Part shown: positions 63,280-64,000 of the stretch, in pieces | Position numbering within the stretch: the stretch's first letter is position 1 | Layout: every line of letters starts with the position of its first letter | From: Dehalococcoidia bacterium | GTDB taxonomy: Bacteria; Chloroflexota; Dehalococcoidia; Plut-88900 | DNA: 64,000 nucleotides | Assembly: GCA_965249275.1 (NCBI GenBank) | Contig: CBDFLQ010000005.1 | Location: 195,030 to 259,029 of the forward strand | Direction: 5' to 3' | Program-made: the position numbers and the translations under genes | Notes under the pieces: generated by a model | Told to the model about the DNA's origin: nothing | Databases searched by the model: none | What the model saw: the letters and a program-made list of their open reading frames with translations, nothing else

Positions 63280-64000
63280 ATGAGAAATGAAGCAAAGAGA
63301 ACAGTCCGAAAGGTAAAGGTACGAAGGACTGCCCTGGGTTTTCTGACCATCCTGCTGGTCTTGGTTTTGGCAGTTGCGGGCTGTGGCGAGGCGGCAACTG
63401 CTACGCCCGAGCCCGCTGTGCCAACGGCGGCGCCCCAACCCACTGCAACGACACCACCCTCCGAGCCGGCGACTGCCGAGCCCGACGAGCCAGAGACAGC
63501 AATTAGACCTTTGTCCGAATGGACCGTGGAGAACCCCGCCACCCTGGAGGAGATAGAGGCGGAACTGGAGAAGCACAGGGGTGAGACCCTCTCGTTCATA
63601 TCCGAAGGCGGTGCATTTCAGGCAGCCATAAGACGGGCATGGTTGGACCCTATGCGGGAGAAATTCGGGCTGGAGATAGTTGAGGAAAGCCCGGGGCCAG
63701 GCATAGCCAGAGTTCGAACCCAAGCCGAAACCGGAAACATTTCGTGGGACATAATAGACTTGGGTACCGACCAAGTAGCTGCCCTGCTAAAAACAGATAG
63801 CCTGGGCGAATACGATCCTGCAATTGTAGACGCCAGGGACCTCCTGGACATTGTTACGGCGCCAGGGCCATACATCGCCGGAGGGGGCATCACATGGTCC
63901 ACTATTCTTGCCTACAACACAGATGTCTACCCGGGAGATACCGGCCCTAAGAACTGGGCTGACTTCTTCGATCTGGAGAATTTCCCAGGCCGTCGCTCCC
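63280..64000 (+). CDS. ABC-transporter substrate-binding lipoprotein, paralog of 44940-46391; 3' end outside window
   Basis: ATG at 63280 after GGGGAGGGAG. MRNEAKRTVRKVKVRRTALGFLTILLVLVLAVAGCGEAATATPEP...IRPLSEWTVENPATLEEIEAELEKHRGETLSF is collinear with the other SBP. The frame is open to the window end. Confidence 0.7.
   Translation, partial: MRNEAKRTVRKVKVRRTALGFLTILLVLVLAVAGCGEAATATPEPAVPTAAPQPTATTPPSEPATAEPDEPETAIRPLSEWTVENPATLEEIEAELEKHRGETLSFISEGGAFQAAIRRAWLDPMREKFGLEIVEESPGPGIARVRTQAETGNISWDIIDLGTDQVAALLKTDSLGEYDPAIVDARDLLDIVTAPGPYIAGGGITWSTILAYNTDVYPGDTGPKNWADFFDLENFPGRRS

Overview
GC-rich bacterial chromosomal segment with dense coding on both strands, one tRNA-Glu, no rRNA and no CRISPR. 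Lineage cannot be assigned without a database search. The Pro/Thr-rich linkers, the DUF3090/SCO1664 gene pair and a tRNA-Glu beginning GCCCCCA fit a Chloroflexota- or Actinomycetota-like organism. Most genes encode small-molecule and nitrogen-compound metabolism, and several occur as paralog arrays: five tandem fused di-EctC (ectoine-synthase-like bicupin) genes, three M20 deacylases, two DUF1989, two SDRs, two UPF0336-like hotdog genes and two PotD-like binding proteins. There are also three large secreted proteins with LRR or CAP domains. Accessory content: an IS1182-family IS with terminal inverted repeats, a Type I R-M locus with an aberrant hsdM/hsdS junction (M runs into S, then an in-frame TAA), a hicAB pair whose hicA has an in-frame TAA, and two lower-GC orphan genes wedged inside native gene arrays. 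The most unusual signals are non-coding. (1) Two homologous ~630-650-nt loci (40492-41123 and 55306-55959, minus strand) have no credible ORF. Each has a near-consensus promoter, conserved long-range and local helices, compensatory changes, and G-U pairs that work only on the minus strand, so they are candidates for an unclassified large structured RNA family. (2) The same ~43-bp promoter module recurs at two other ORF-free sites (9582, 36891). The second reads into eight CAATCA repeats spaced 10-11 bp apart. (3) A 37-bp REP-like repeat occurs four times, plus divergent relatives. All assignments rest on motifs I could read in the translations and sequence; no searches were run.
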